Positions 17,818 to 25,870 of a stretch of DNA of 64,000 nt are shown here, one piece after another; position 1 is the stretch's first letter, and the number at the start of each line of letters is the position of its first letter. The notes under the pieces are model-generated. The model was not told where the DNA came from. It searched no databases and saw nothing but the letters and a program-made list of their open reading frames with translations. The translations under genes were made by a program, and so were the position numbers. This DNA comes from an uncultured Actinomycetes bacterium. Lineage in GTDB: Bacteria; Actinomycetota; Thermoleophilia; Solirubrobacterales; Solirubrobacteraceae. The stretch lies in NCBI GenBank assembly GCA_963742125.1, contig CAVUKO010000009.1:87328-151327 (forward strand), written 5' to 3'.

Positions 17818-18862
17818 GCGAGCACGAGCTCCGCTGCGTCGCGCAGCATCTCCGGCGAGCCCGCGACCAGCATCGTCGTCACGATCGACTCGCGCCACGC
17901 CTCGAGGTCGTCGCGGATCTTCTCGCGCGGGCCGATGAGGGCGAGGTCCTCGACGAGCCTGGTCGGCAGCGCGGCGGCGGCCTCGTCCTTGTGTCCGTCG
18001 AGGTAGAGGTCCTGGCAGCGCTTGGCCTCGGCCTCGTAGCCGAGGCGCACCGCGACGTCGTGGTGGAAGTTCGCGCCGCGGGCACCCATGCCGCCGAAGT
18101 ACAGGGCGTACATCGGGCGCAGCATGTCGGCGGCGGCCTCGACGTCGTCGTGGACGATGAAGGGCACGGTGGCGCACACCTCGAAGTCCTCGAACGAGCG
18201 CCGCGCGGGTGGGTGGGACGACATCTGAAGCCCTCGGCCAGCGCGTCGCGGTAGAAGCCCTCGTTGTGCGGCGAGAAGAAGAGCGCCAGCCAGCCGTCGC
18301 ACAGCTCGCCGCACAGCGCCACGTTCTTCGGTCCCTCGGCGCCGAGGAAGATCGGGATCGTCTCGCGCACCGGGTGCAGCGTCGACTTCAGCGGCTTGCC
18401 CAGCCCGGTCCCGTCCGGATAGGGGAGCGGGTAGTGCGGGCCGGGCGCGGTGACGCGGCCCTCGCGCGCGAAGATGTCGCGGAGGATCGCGATGTACTCG
18501 CGCGTGCGCGCCAGCGGCTTGGCGAACGGCTGGCCGTACCAGCCCTCGACGACCTGCGGGCCCGACACGCCGAGACCGAGGATGAAGCGCCCGCCGGAGA
18601 GGTGGTCCATGGTCATGGCGGCCATGGCCGTGGCCGCCGGCGTGCGCGCCGACATCTGCACGATGGCCGTGCCCAGGCGCAGGCGCTCGGTACGGGCGCC
18701 CCACCAGGCCAGCGGCGTCAGGACGTCGGAGCCGTAGGCCTCGGCCGTCCACATCGAGTCGAAGCCCAGGCGCTCGGCCTCGGCGATCGCGTCCTCCACG
18801 CCGGCCGGCGGCCCGGCGCCCCAGTAGCCCGTGTTGAGGCCCAGCTTCAGCTCGCGCGCCAT
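17814..18862 (-). pseudogene. LLM-class (F420/flavin-dependent) oxidoreductase with a frameshift at about 18200-18230
   Basis: The N-terminal 2/3 is in ORF 17879..18862. The conserved C-terminus ([20 protein letters not shown]...LVLA) is in the frame of ORF 17814..19655. The 1049-nt length fits a 1-nt deletion. Confidence 0.8.
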
Positions 18863-18874
18863 CGCGCGAGCCTT

Positions 18875-19837
18875 TCACACGGCGAGCAGCGCGCGCTCGC
18901 GAGCGGGGCTCAGGCCGCTGGGGCGGTTCTCGGCGCGCCAGTCGCCCATCGTCTCGGCGCCGCCGTCGCGCAGCCATGCCCACGTGTCGGCCACGGTCTC
19001 GCCGATCGGGCGGCAGCGCAGCCCGGCCGCCTGCGCGCGCTCGGTCCCGACCGCCCACGTTCCCGCGCCGGTCGCGGGCGCGATCCACAGCGGCAGCTCG
19101 TCCCATTCCACGACCTCGTGGGCCACCAGGACGTCGTCGGGCACCCAGTGCAGGCGCGCGTCGCTTCCGGTCGCCGCGACGGCGGCCTCGAGGAGCTCGC
19201 GCATGGTCGTGCGCCCGGGCGGCGCGGTGCCGTTGAAGGCACCGGCCACGCGCCGCTCCGCGAGGTCGAGCATCCAGCCGGCGAGGTCGCGCGCGTCGAC
19301 GAGCTGGACGGTGCGCTCGGGGTCGCCCGGGGCGACCACATCGCCGCCGGCCGCGATGCGCTGCACCCACCAGGGCAGGCGGAAGATGTTGTCGTGCGGC
19401 CCGCAGATCAGCCCCGCCCGCACGCTGGCGACGCCATCGGGCATGGCGGCCTGCGCGGCGCGCTCGCACGCCGCCTTCAGCGGCCCGTAGTCGTCGCCCT
19501 CGGTCCACACCGGGCTGTCCTCGTCGACCGCCTCGGAGGGCCATCCGGGGTAGACGTTGCACGTCGAGACGAAGACCAGGTGGCCGAGGTCGAGCGCGCT
19601 GGAGCGCGCCACGTCGGCGGGCTCGTAGCCGCTCGTGTCGATCGCCCCGTCCCACTGGCGTCCACGCAGCCCGGCGAGGTCGCCGGCGCGGTCGCCGAGG
19701 ACGTGCTCGGCCTCGGGGAAGAGCTCGGCGCCGTGGCGGCCGCGGTGAAAGACCGTGACCTCGTGGCCGCGGCGCAACGCCTCGGCGGTGACGTGGCGGC
19801 CGAGGAAGACGGTCCCGCCGAGGACGAGCAGGCGCAC
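18875..19837 (-). CDS. NAD-dependent epimerase/dehydratase family protein
   Basis: GTG 19837 gives MRLLVLGGTVFLGRH (Rossmann GxxGxxG). It is the C-terminal part of ORF 18875..20482. Confidence 0.8.
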   Translation of the reverse strand: MRLLVLGGTVFLGRHVTAEALRRGHEVTVFHRGRHGAELFPEAEHVLGDRAGDLAGLRGRQWDGAIDTSGYEPADVARSSALDLGHLVFVSTCNVYPGWPSEAVDEDSPVWTEGDDYGPLKAACERAAQAAMPDGVASVRAGLICGPHDNIFRLPWWVQRIAAGGDVVAPGDPERTVQLVDARDLAGWMLDLAERRVAGAFNGTAPPGRTTMRELLEAAVAATGSDARLHWVPDDVLVAHEVVEWDELPLWIAPATGAGTWAVGTERAQAAGLRCRPIGETVADTWAWLRDGGAETMGDWRAENRPSGLSPARERALLAV

Positions 19838-19842
19838 GATCT

Positions 19843-19858
19843 GCAACCTATCAGTTGC
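19843..19858. promoter_or_regulatory. candidate operator palindrome GCAAC-N6-GTTGC (site 1)
   Basis: gcaacctatcagttgc lies in the divergent epimerase / M48-peptidase intergenic region. Confidence 0.4.
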
Positions 19859-19895
19859 GCTTGCTCGGGCCTTACCGCGAGTAGGCGCAGGATGC

Positions 19896-19911
19896 GCAAC
19901 CGATAAGTTGC
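19896..19911. promoter_or_regulatory. candidate operator palindrome GCAAC-N6-GTTGC (site 2)
   Basis: gcaaccgataagttgc, 53 bp from site 1. The shared extended consensus is GCAACC(T/G)AT(C/A)AGTTGCG. Confidence 0.4.
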
Positions 19912-19957
19912 GTGTCGCTCGCGCTCGCTCGCCGGTCGGAGTACTCTCAAAGGCACG

Positions 19958-20848
19958 ATGCGGCGACGTCGCCGGCCCGACCTCTTCCGGCCCGACCGCG
20001 GCCTTCAGGCCCGGATGCTGCTCGCCGCTGTGTGCACGCCGCTCATCGTGCTGGCCTGCGCCGCTGCCATCGTTGCCCTCGCGCCCTTCAAGCTCGTCGC
20101 CGCCTTCGCGATCGCCGCCGCCATCGGCATCGGCGGATCGATCACGGAGCGCCGCAACCGGCCGCGCCCCGACCCGGTCACGCCGGCCCAGGCGCCCGAG
20201 CTGCACGCGATCGTCGATCGCCTCTGCGTGCTGGCCGACGTGCCCAAGCCCGAGATCGTCGTCGAGCCCGAGCAGCAGCCCAATTCGTGGCTCGTCGGGC
20301 TCTCGCGCGAGCGCGCGCGCCTGCACGTGACTCGCGGCCTGCTCGACCTGCTCACGCCCGCCGAGCTCGAGGCCGTCGTGGGCCACGAGCTGGCGCACCT
20401 GGTCAATCGGGACGCCGCGGTCATGACCGCCGTCGGAGGGCCGGGCGCGATCCTGCTCGACGGCGGTAAGCGGATGCTGCACGGAGGCTGGTGGTTCGGC
20501 CTCATGGGCGGCGTGGTCGCCGCGGCCGTCGGGCGGGTATCGCTGCTCGGCACCCAGGTCCTATCGCGCGATCGCGAGCTCGCGGCCGACGCGGGATCGG
20601 CCGCCCTCACGGGCCGGCCTGCCGCCCTGGCCTCGGCGCTGCGTCGGATCTCCGGCCAGCTGCGGCTGATCCCGGAGGAGGACCTGCGCGTGGCGGCCTG
20701 CCGCGACGTCTTCCACCTGCTCGCGGTCGAGGAGGAGGGCGACGGCTGGGCCGGGCGCATCGGGGCGACGCACCCGCCGCTCGAGCAGCGGATCGAGCGA
20801 CTGGAGCGCATGGAGCGCGCGCTGCAGTCCGCGCGCCTTCCTTCGTAG
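19958..20848 (+). CDS. htpX: M48-family (HtpX-like) zinc metallopeptidase
   Basis: HELAH motif, TM segments and a C-terminal THPPLEQRI motif. Confidence 0.8.
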   Translation: MRRRRRPDLFRPDRGLQARMLLAAVCTPLIVLACAAAIVALAPFKLVAAFAIAAAIGIGGSITERRNRPRPDPVTPAQAPELHAIVDRLCVLADVPKPEIVVEPEQQPNSWLVGLSRERARLHVTRGLLDLLTPAELEAVVGHELAHLVNRDAAVMTAVGGPGAILLDGGKRMLHGGWWFGLMGGVVAAAVGRVSLLGTQVLSRDRELAADAGSAALTGRPAALASALRRISGQLRLIPEEDLRVAACRDVFHLLAVEEEGDGWAGRIGATHPPLEQRIERLERMERALQSARLPS

Positions 20849-20859
20849 CGCTGGCGGCG

Positions 20860-22101
20860 CTAGCCCGCGACGTCCCAGGCCTTGAGGCTCGGGAGCGGAT
20901 CGACCGCCTGCCCGCCCGTGTACCACCCGGGCGCCGGCCACACCTCGAAATGCAGATGGCACGCCGTGGCGTCGCCTGTGCGTCCGACGAACCCGATCGT
21001 CTGGCCGGTGGTGACCGCGTCGCCCTTGTGGACGAGGGCTGGGTCGCGCAGGTGCATGTAGACGTAGTCGGCCGATTTGTCGGCGGCGCTGATGACGACG
21101 TAGTTGCCCGCCAGGGCCTGGCTACCCGCGAACTTCACGGTGCCGGCCTGGGTCGCGACGAGCGGAAGGCCGCAGTCGGCCATGACGTCCTGGCCCTCGT
21201 GCACGTGGCCGCTGCGCTGCGCGCCGAAGCCCTGACCGTAGGTGTGCGGCCCGGCGATGGGGAAGACGTCGTGCACGAGCCAGAAGCTCTCGCGTCGCGG
21301 CGCCGGCGCGCCCGCCTGCGCCGCACGCGCTCCGACGCCGCCGGCGATCGCGGCCGCCACCTGGAAGACGTAGCGCCCCTCGGGCTGCGCCACGCCGGCG
21401 ATCGTGCCGTCCCAGTCCACGCTCTGCACGCTGCCGGGCGCGGTGGCCGGCACGGCGAAGTGGGCGACGGCCACGCGGTCACTGGCGCGCACCACGTCGA
21501 CGGTGACGTCGACGGGCGCGACGCCGCGGACGTAGAAGGCCACGGTCGCCTTGCGGCCGCCCTCGAAGAGCAGCTTGCGCGTCTGCACCTTGGCCTCGAC
21601 CACGGGCCCGCCCGGGTCGCGCGTGCCGGTCGGGCGGATGACGAGCCGCATGCTCGAGCGCAGCGAGCGCCGGCCCGCGGCGGAGATGGCGCGCACCAGG
21701 CCGCCGTGCGCGCCTGCGGGGACCGTGGCCTCGACCGCCGTCGGCGATACGGGTGTCGCCGCCACGGTCACGTCGTCGCGGTAGCCGCGGCGGCCGAGCA
21801 GGACGACGCTCGTGACCGTCGCCATCCCCTCGCCGCTGATGCGCACCACGCTTCCCGGCGTGGCGCGGGCGATGCCGAGGCAGGCGGTCCGGCAGGTGAT
21901 GGCATCGACGACCGGTCGCGCGGCGGGCGCCGGCACGGCAAGGGCGGGGGCGGGAGCCTGTGCCGGTGCGGCGCCACCCGTCCCGGCCGGCGCTTGAGCG
22001 AGCGCGGCGCCCGGAAGCATGGCGGTGGTCGCGAGTGCGCCGATGGCGATCCACCGCTTGGCAGCGGCCAGGGGTACGGGGGAGCGCGCAGGCAGGTCCA
22101 C
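20860..22101 (-). CDS. secreted M23 (LytM-type) peptidase
   Basis: Signal peptide, plus HVHEGQD (HxxxD) and HLHFEV (HxH) motifs. Confidence 0.85.
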   Translation of the reverse strand: MDLPARSPVPLAAAKRWIAIGALATTAMLPGAALAQAPAGTGGAAPAQAPAPALAVPAPAARPVVDAITCRTACLGIARATPGSVVRISGEGMATVTSVVLLGRRGYRDDVTVAATPVSPTAVEATVPAGAHGGLVRAISAAGRRSLRSSMRLVIRPTGTRDPGGPVVEAKVQTRKLLFEGGRKATVAFYVRGVAPVDVTVDVVRASDRVAVAHFAVPATAPGSVQSVDWDGTIAGVAQPEGRYVFQVAAAIAGGVGARAAQAGAPAPRRESFWLVHDVFPIAGPHTYGQGFGAQRSGHVHEGQDVMADCGLPLVATQAGTVKFAGSQALAGNYVVISAADKSADYVYMHLRDPALVHKGDAVTTGQTIGFVGRTGDATACHLHFEVWPAPGWYTGGQAVDPLPSLKAWDVAG

Positions 22102-22110
22102 GGTTCGGTT

Positions 22111-22260
22111 GGCCGCCTACGGGGTGAGCTGACGGGCTCGCGCGGCCGATCCGCGCTACCGGGCATCCCTCCCGGATTCGCCCCAGGGGCGCGCGAACGC
22201 GCCCCAGTGGGTCCCCCGCTCTGCCGAAGACCCGGTGGGCCGTCGGCAGACTCGGCGTGT
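22111..22260 (-). promoter_or_regulatory. ydaO/yuaA-type (c-di-AMP) riboswitch in the M23 peptidase leader
   Basis: The minus-strand RNA contains conserved blocks as I recall the family: AGAGCGGGGGACCCA (22208-22222), GGGGCGAAUCC (22174-22184), GGUAG, and CCCGUCAGCUCACCCCGUAGGCG (22114-22136). Hairpins lie between the blocks. Confidence 0.8.
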
Positions 22261-22404
22261 CTACTGGTGGTGGCGCGGGATCCTATACCCGCCGGCGGAT
22301 GTCAGGAAGCGGACTTTCGAGCGGACGGCGGGCGCCGCTGCGATTGCCCTATCATGCGCCCTCGCGCCGCGCGGACAACCGCCGCGCGGCTCCTTCACGC
22401 TGTC

Positions 22405-22839
22405 ATGAAGACCTACGTCGCCACCCCTGCCACCCGCGAGCGAAATTGGCTCGTCGTCGACGCCAACGGGCAGACGCTCGGCCGGCTCGCCACCCGGATC
22501 GCCGATGCGCTGCGCGGCAAGACCAAGCCGGAGTACACGCCGCACTGCGACACCGGCGACTTCGTCGTCGTCGTCAACGCCGAGAAGATCTCGGTGACCG
22601 GCAACAAGCGCGCGGCGAAGAAGTACTACCGCCACTCCGGCTATCCGGGCGGCCTCAAGGAGCGCACGCTCGAGGAGATGCTCGCGCGCCGGCCCGAAGA
22701 GGTCATCCGCCACGCGGTCAAGGGCATGCTGCCCCGCAATCGGCTGGCCCGCAAGCAGCTCACCAAGCTGAAGGTCTACGCGGGTCCCGACCACCCGCAC
22801 GTGGCGCAGAAGCCGACCCCGATGGAGATCAAGCCCTGA
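22405..22839 (+). CDS. rplM: 50S ribosomal protein L13
   Basis: [20 protein letters not shown]...; tail of ORF 20491..22839. Confidence 0.95.
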   Translation: MKTYVATPATRERNWLVVDANGQTLGRLATRIADALRGKTKPEYTPHCDTGDFVVVVNAEKISVTGNKRAAKKYYRHSGYPGGLKERTLEEMLARRPEEVIRHAVKGMLPRNRLARKQLTKLKVYAGPDHPHVAQKPTPMEIKP

Positions 22840-23741
22840 TGGCCGACGACCGCACGCCCGCCGACGAGGAGACCCCGCAGGAGCCGACCGCGGGCGACGA
22901 GCAGCCGGTGCAGGAGCCGGCCGCCGAGCAGCCGCCGGCCGCCGAGGAGCAGCCCGCGGCCGAGGAGCCCGTGGCAGCCGAGGAACCCGCTGCCGCCGAA
23001 GAGCCCGCTGCCGCCGAGCCCGTAGCTGAGGAGCCCGCTGCCGCCGAGCCGGTAGCCGAGGAGCCCGCTGCCGCCGAGCCGGTAGCCGAGGCGCCCGCCG
23101 CCGCCGAGCAGCCCGCCGCACCGGCCCCGGCGGCCGAGACCGCATCGGACGACGACGATGACGAGGAGGAGCGCACTCCGCGCGTCAAGCCCGAGATCCC
23201 CGGCGCCGACCTCGAGGTCGACATCGTGATGGAGGGCTCCGAGCGCGGCGACAGTCCCTATGACGAGGACGAGGACGGCGAGTCCTCCGGCGAGGACTCC
23301 GACGACGTCCCCGACGACCAGCCGATCGCCGCCGTCACCATCGACCTCGCCGCCGGCGCGCGCTACAGCGCGACCGGCAAGCGCAAGACCGCCGTGGCGC
23401 GCGTGATCCTCAGGCCGGGCACCGGTGCGTACACGATCAACGGCCGGACGCTCGACGAGTTCTTCCCGCGCACGCCGCTGCAGCGCAACATCCGCCAGCC
23501 GCTCGAGGCGGTGGGCTACGAAACGCGCATGGACGTCGTCGCGCGCATGCACGGCGGCGGCGTTTCGTCGCAGGCCGGTGCCCTGCGCCACGGCATCAGC
23601 CGTGCCCTCCTGGAGGCCGACCCCAACCTGCGCGGCGAGCTCAAGCGCCGCGGCTTCCTCACGCGCGATCCGCGCGTGAAGGAACGCAAGAAGGCCGGCC
23701 TCAAGAAGGCGCGCAAGCGTCCGCAGTTCAGCAAGCGCTAG
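22839..23741 (+). CDS. rpsI: 30S ribosomal protein S9 with a long acidic Pro/Ala/Glu-rich N-terminal extension
   Basis: The conserved S9 core starts at about [14 protein letters not shown] and ends ...[14 protein letters not shown] 22839 overlaps the rplM stop by 1 nt. An internal start near VMEG (about 23226) cannot be excluded. Confidence 0.8.
   Translation: MADDRTPADEETPQEPTAGDEQPVQEPAAEQPPAAEEQPAAEEPVAAEEPAAAEEPAAAEPVAEEPAAAEPVAEEPAAAEPVAEAPAAAEQPAAPAPAAETASDDDDDEEERTPRVKPEIPGADLEVDIVMEGSERGDSPYDEDEDGESSGEDSDDVPDDQPIAAVTIDLAAGARYSATGKRKTAVARVILRPGTGAYTINGRTLDEFFPRTPLQRNIRQPLEAVGYETRMDVVARMHGGGVSSQAGALRHGISRALLEADPNLRGELKRRGFLTRDPRVKERKKAGLKKARKRPQFSKR
23001..23090. repeat. 3 x 30 bp near-perfect tandem repeat inside rpsI ([10 protein letters not shown] x3)
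   Basis: Units 23001-23030, 23031-23060 and 23061-23090 differ at two positions. Confidence 0.9.
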
Positions 23742-23751
23742 ACCCGGCGTC

Positions 23752-25065
23752 TTGGCCCGCCAGCTCTTCGGGACCGACGGCGTCCGCGGCGTCGCAGGCG
23801 AGCTGCTGACCGCCGAGCTCGGCGTCGCCTTGGGGCGGGCCGTCACGCTGGAGTCCCAGGCCGATGCCCCCCGCGTGCTCGTCATCCGCGACACGCGCGA
23901 GTCCGGCGAGATGCTCGAGGCCGCCCTGGCCGCCGGCGTCACCGCCGCGGGCGGCGACGTCCTGCTGGGCGGCGTGCTGCCGACGCCCGCGGCGCCGCTG
24001 CTGCTGCGCCGCTACGGGTTCGATCTCGCCGCGGTGATCTCGGCATCGCACAACCCCTACCGCGACAACGGGATCAAGTTCTTCGCCGCCGACGGCTTCA
24101 AGCTCTCCGACGAGAGCGAGGCCGCCGTCGAGGCGCGCCTGGGGGAGGCGCCGTCGCCGGGTGCTCGCATCGGCCGCGTGCGGGCCCTCCACGGGACCCA
24201 GGAGGACTACCTGCGCGCCCTGCACGAACGCTTCGCGGCGCTCGACCTGACCGGCCTCGACGTCGCGCTGGACTGCGCGCACGGCGCCACCTACCGCGCG
24301 GCGCCCGAGATCTTCCGGCGCCTCGGCGCGACGGTCACGGCGCTCAACGACGCCCCCGACGGGCGCAACATCAACGATGGCTGCGGCTCGACGCACGTCG
24401 ACGCCCTGGCCGAGGCGGTCGTCGCCGGCGGCCACGCAGTGGGCTTCGCGCTCGACGGCGACGGCGACCGCGTGCTCGCCGTCGACCGCACCGGCGTCGT
24501 GGTCGACGGCGACGAGCTCATCGCCCTCGCCGCCCTGCACCTGCGCGGGGCCGGGCGGCTGCCCGGCGACGGGGTGGCCGTGACGGTCATGACCAACTAC
24601 GGCTTCCACGTCGCGATGCGCGACGCCGGCGTCGAGGTGGCCACCACGCAGGTCGGTGACCGCTACGTCCTCGAGGCCCTGCGCGAGCGCGGCTGGACGC
24701 TGGGCGGCGAGCAGTCGGGCCACATCATCGACATGGGCTTCAACGCCACCGGCGACGGCATCGCCTCGGCGCTGCTCACGCTGGAGGCCCTGCAGGGCGC
24801 GGACCTGGCCGACCGCCACGCCATGCAGAAGCTGCCCCAGCGCCTCGTCAACGTGCGCGTGGCCGACCGCGACGCGGCGATGGCCAGCCGCGAGCTCTCC
24901 GAGGCGAGCGCGCGCGAGGCGCAGGCCCTCGAAGGCCGCGGGCGCGTGCTCGTCCGCCCCAGCGGCACCGAGCAGCTCGTGCGCGTGATGGTCGAGGCGC
25001 CCAGCGACGACGAGGCCGTCGCCGCCTGCGACCGCCTCGTCGCCATCGTCACCGGCGCCTCCTAG
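23752..25065 (+). CDS. glmM: phosphoglucosamine mutase
   Basis: TTG start, GTDGVRG, and the SASHNPYRDNGIKFF phosphoserine loop. Confidence 0.9.
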   Translation: MARQLFGTDGVRGVAGELLTAELGVALGRAVTLESQADAPRVLVIRDTRESGEMLEAALAAGVTAAGGDVLLGGVLPTPAAPLLLRRYGFDLAAVISASHNPYRDNGIKFFAADGFKLSDESEAAVEARLGEAPSPGARIGRVRALHGTQEDYLRALHERFAALDLTGLDVALDCAHGATYRAAPEIFRRLGATVTALNDAPDGRNINDGCGSTHVDALAEAVVAGGHAVGFALDGDGDRVLAVDRTGVVVDGDELIALAALHLRGAGRLPGDGVAVTVMTNYGFHVAMRDAGVEVATTQVGDRYVLEALRERGWTLGGEQSGHIIDMGFNATGDGIASALLTLEALQGADLADRHAMQKLPQRLVNVRVADRDAAMASRELSEASAREAQALEGRGRVLVRPSGTEQLVRVMVEAPSDDEAVAACDRLVAIVTGAS

Positions 25066-25151
25066 GTGCAGTGGGGGATCGGTAGTTCGGGCGGTTCGGG
25101 GGCCGTCCGCTTCGCGTCTGCGGTGCTGCGCGGCGCTGCGCACGCACGCTG

Positions 25152-25190
25152 GTGCTGACTTCACCTGGCAGGACCGGGTGAAGTCAGCAC
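25152..25190. terminator. 14-bp perfect hairpin between convergent genes (possible bidirectional terminator or REP-like element)
   Basis: gtgctgacttcacc (25152-25165) pairs with ggtgaagtcagcac (25177-25190) around an 11-nt loop. No U-tract. Confidence 0.35.
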
Positions 25191-25241
25191 AGCGCAGCGC
25201 GGGGCGGTCCGGCCTGGCGCCGCGGCCACCGCGACCTACCC

Positions 25242-25868
25242 CTAGGCGCTCGCCGAAGGGTGAAGCAGGGGTACGGCCCCTTCCCACCCGAAGCGCAGCA
25301 CGTCGACCAGCGACGGTGGCGTGATCAGCACCGCCTGCTCGCGCGCGGGCCGGGCCACACGCGCGCCGTAGCCCGCCGGCGTCCAGGCCAGCAGCTGCGG
25401 CCCGAGCACCAGCCACGGCGCGCCGTCGCGCAGGACGAAGGTGCCGTCGGGGAGGTCGGCGAGCGGCGCCTCGTGGTGGCGCTGCGCGCGCGTGCCGGAG
25501 ACGACGCGCTCGCCGTGCAGCTGGGCGTCCATCGCGTCGGCGCCCACCTGCCCGGGGTGCAGGTCGCGCCACAGCGCGACGAGGCGGTCGTAGTCCTCGC
25601 GCCGGCACAGCGCGCAGGCCCGGTGCCCGGCGGCCATGGCGGTCGCCTCGTCGAGGAAGAACAGCTCGGTGAAGCGGCCGGGCTGCAGCAGCGGCGTGCG
25701 GTGCCAGCCGCGGAAACGCAGCCGGCAGGCGATCCAGCGCCGGCCGGCGTAGCGGCGGCGGATCTCCCCGGCGGCGTCGTGCAGGCAGCCGCGGTTGCCG
25801 TAGACCAGGCCGCGTGCCGGATCGGCGACCAGCTCGCTGAGCGGCGTGACGCGGTTGCGCCGTGCCAC
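25242..25868 (-). CDS. hypothetical protein (208 aa, Cys/His-containing)
   Basis: GTG 25868 lies 2 nt after the GH3 stop. It is the tail of ORF 25242..27395. The HRACALCRREDY segment is faintly Ada-type metal-binding-like. Confidence 0.55.
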   Translation of the reverse strand: MARRNRVTPLSELVADPARGLVYGNRGCLHDAAGEIRRRYAGRRWIACRLRFRGWHRTPLLQPGRFTELFFLDEATAMAAGHRACALCRREDYDRLVALWRDLHPGQVGADAMDAQLHGERVVSGTRAQRHHEAPLADLPDGTFVLRDGAPWLVLGPQLLAWTPAGYGARVARPAREQAVLITPPSLVDVLRFGWEGAVPLLHPSASA

Positions 25869-25870
25869 GA

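Noticed and set aside
22262-22404. Ribosomal-protein L13 leader or other riboswitch upstream of rplM
   Set aside because: There are some GC hairpins and a TATCAT -10-like hexamer, but I could not match any conserved leader motif. Most of the structured sequence in this gap belongs to the minus-strand ydaO riboswitch.
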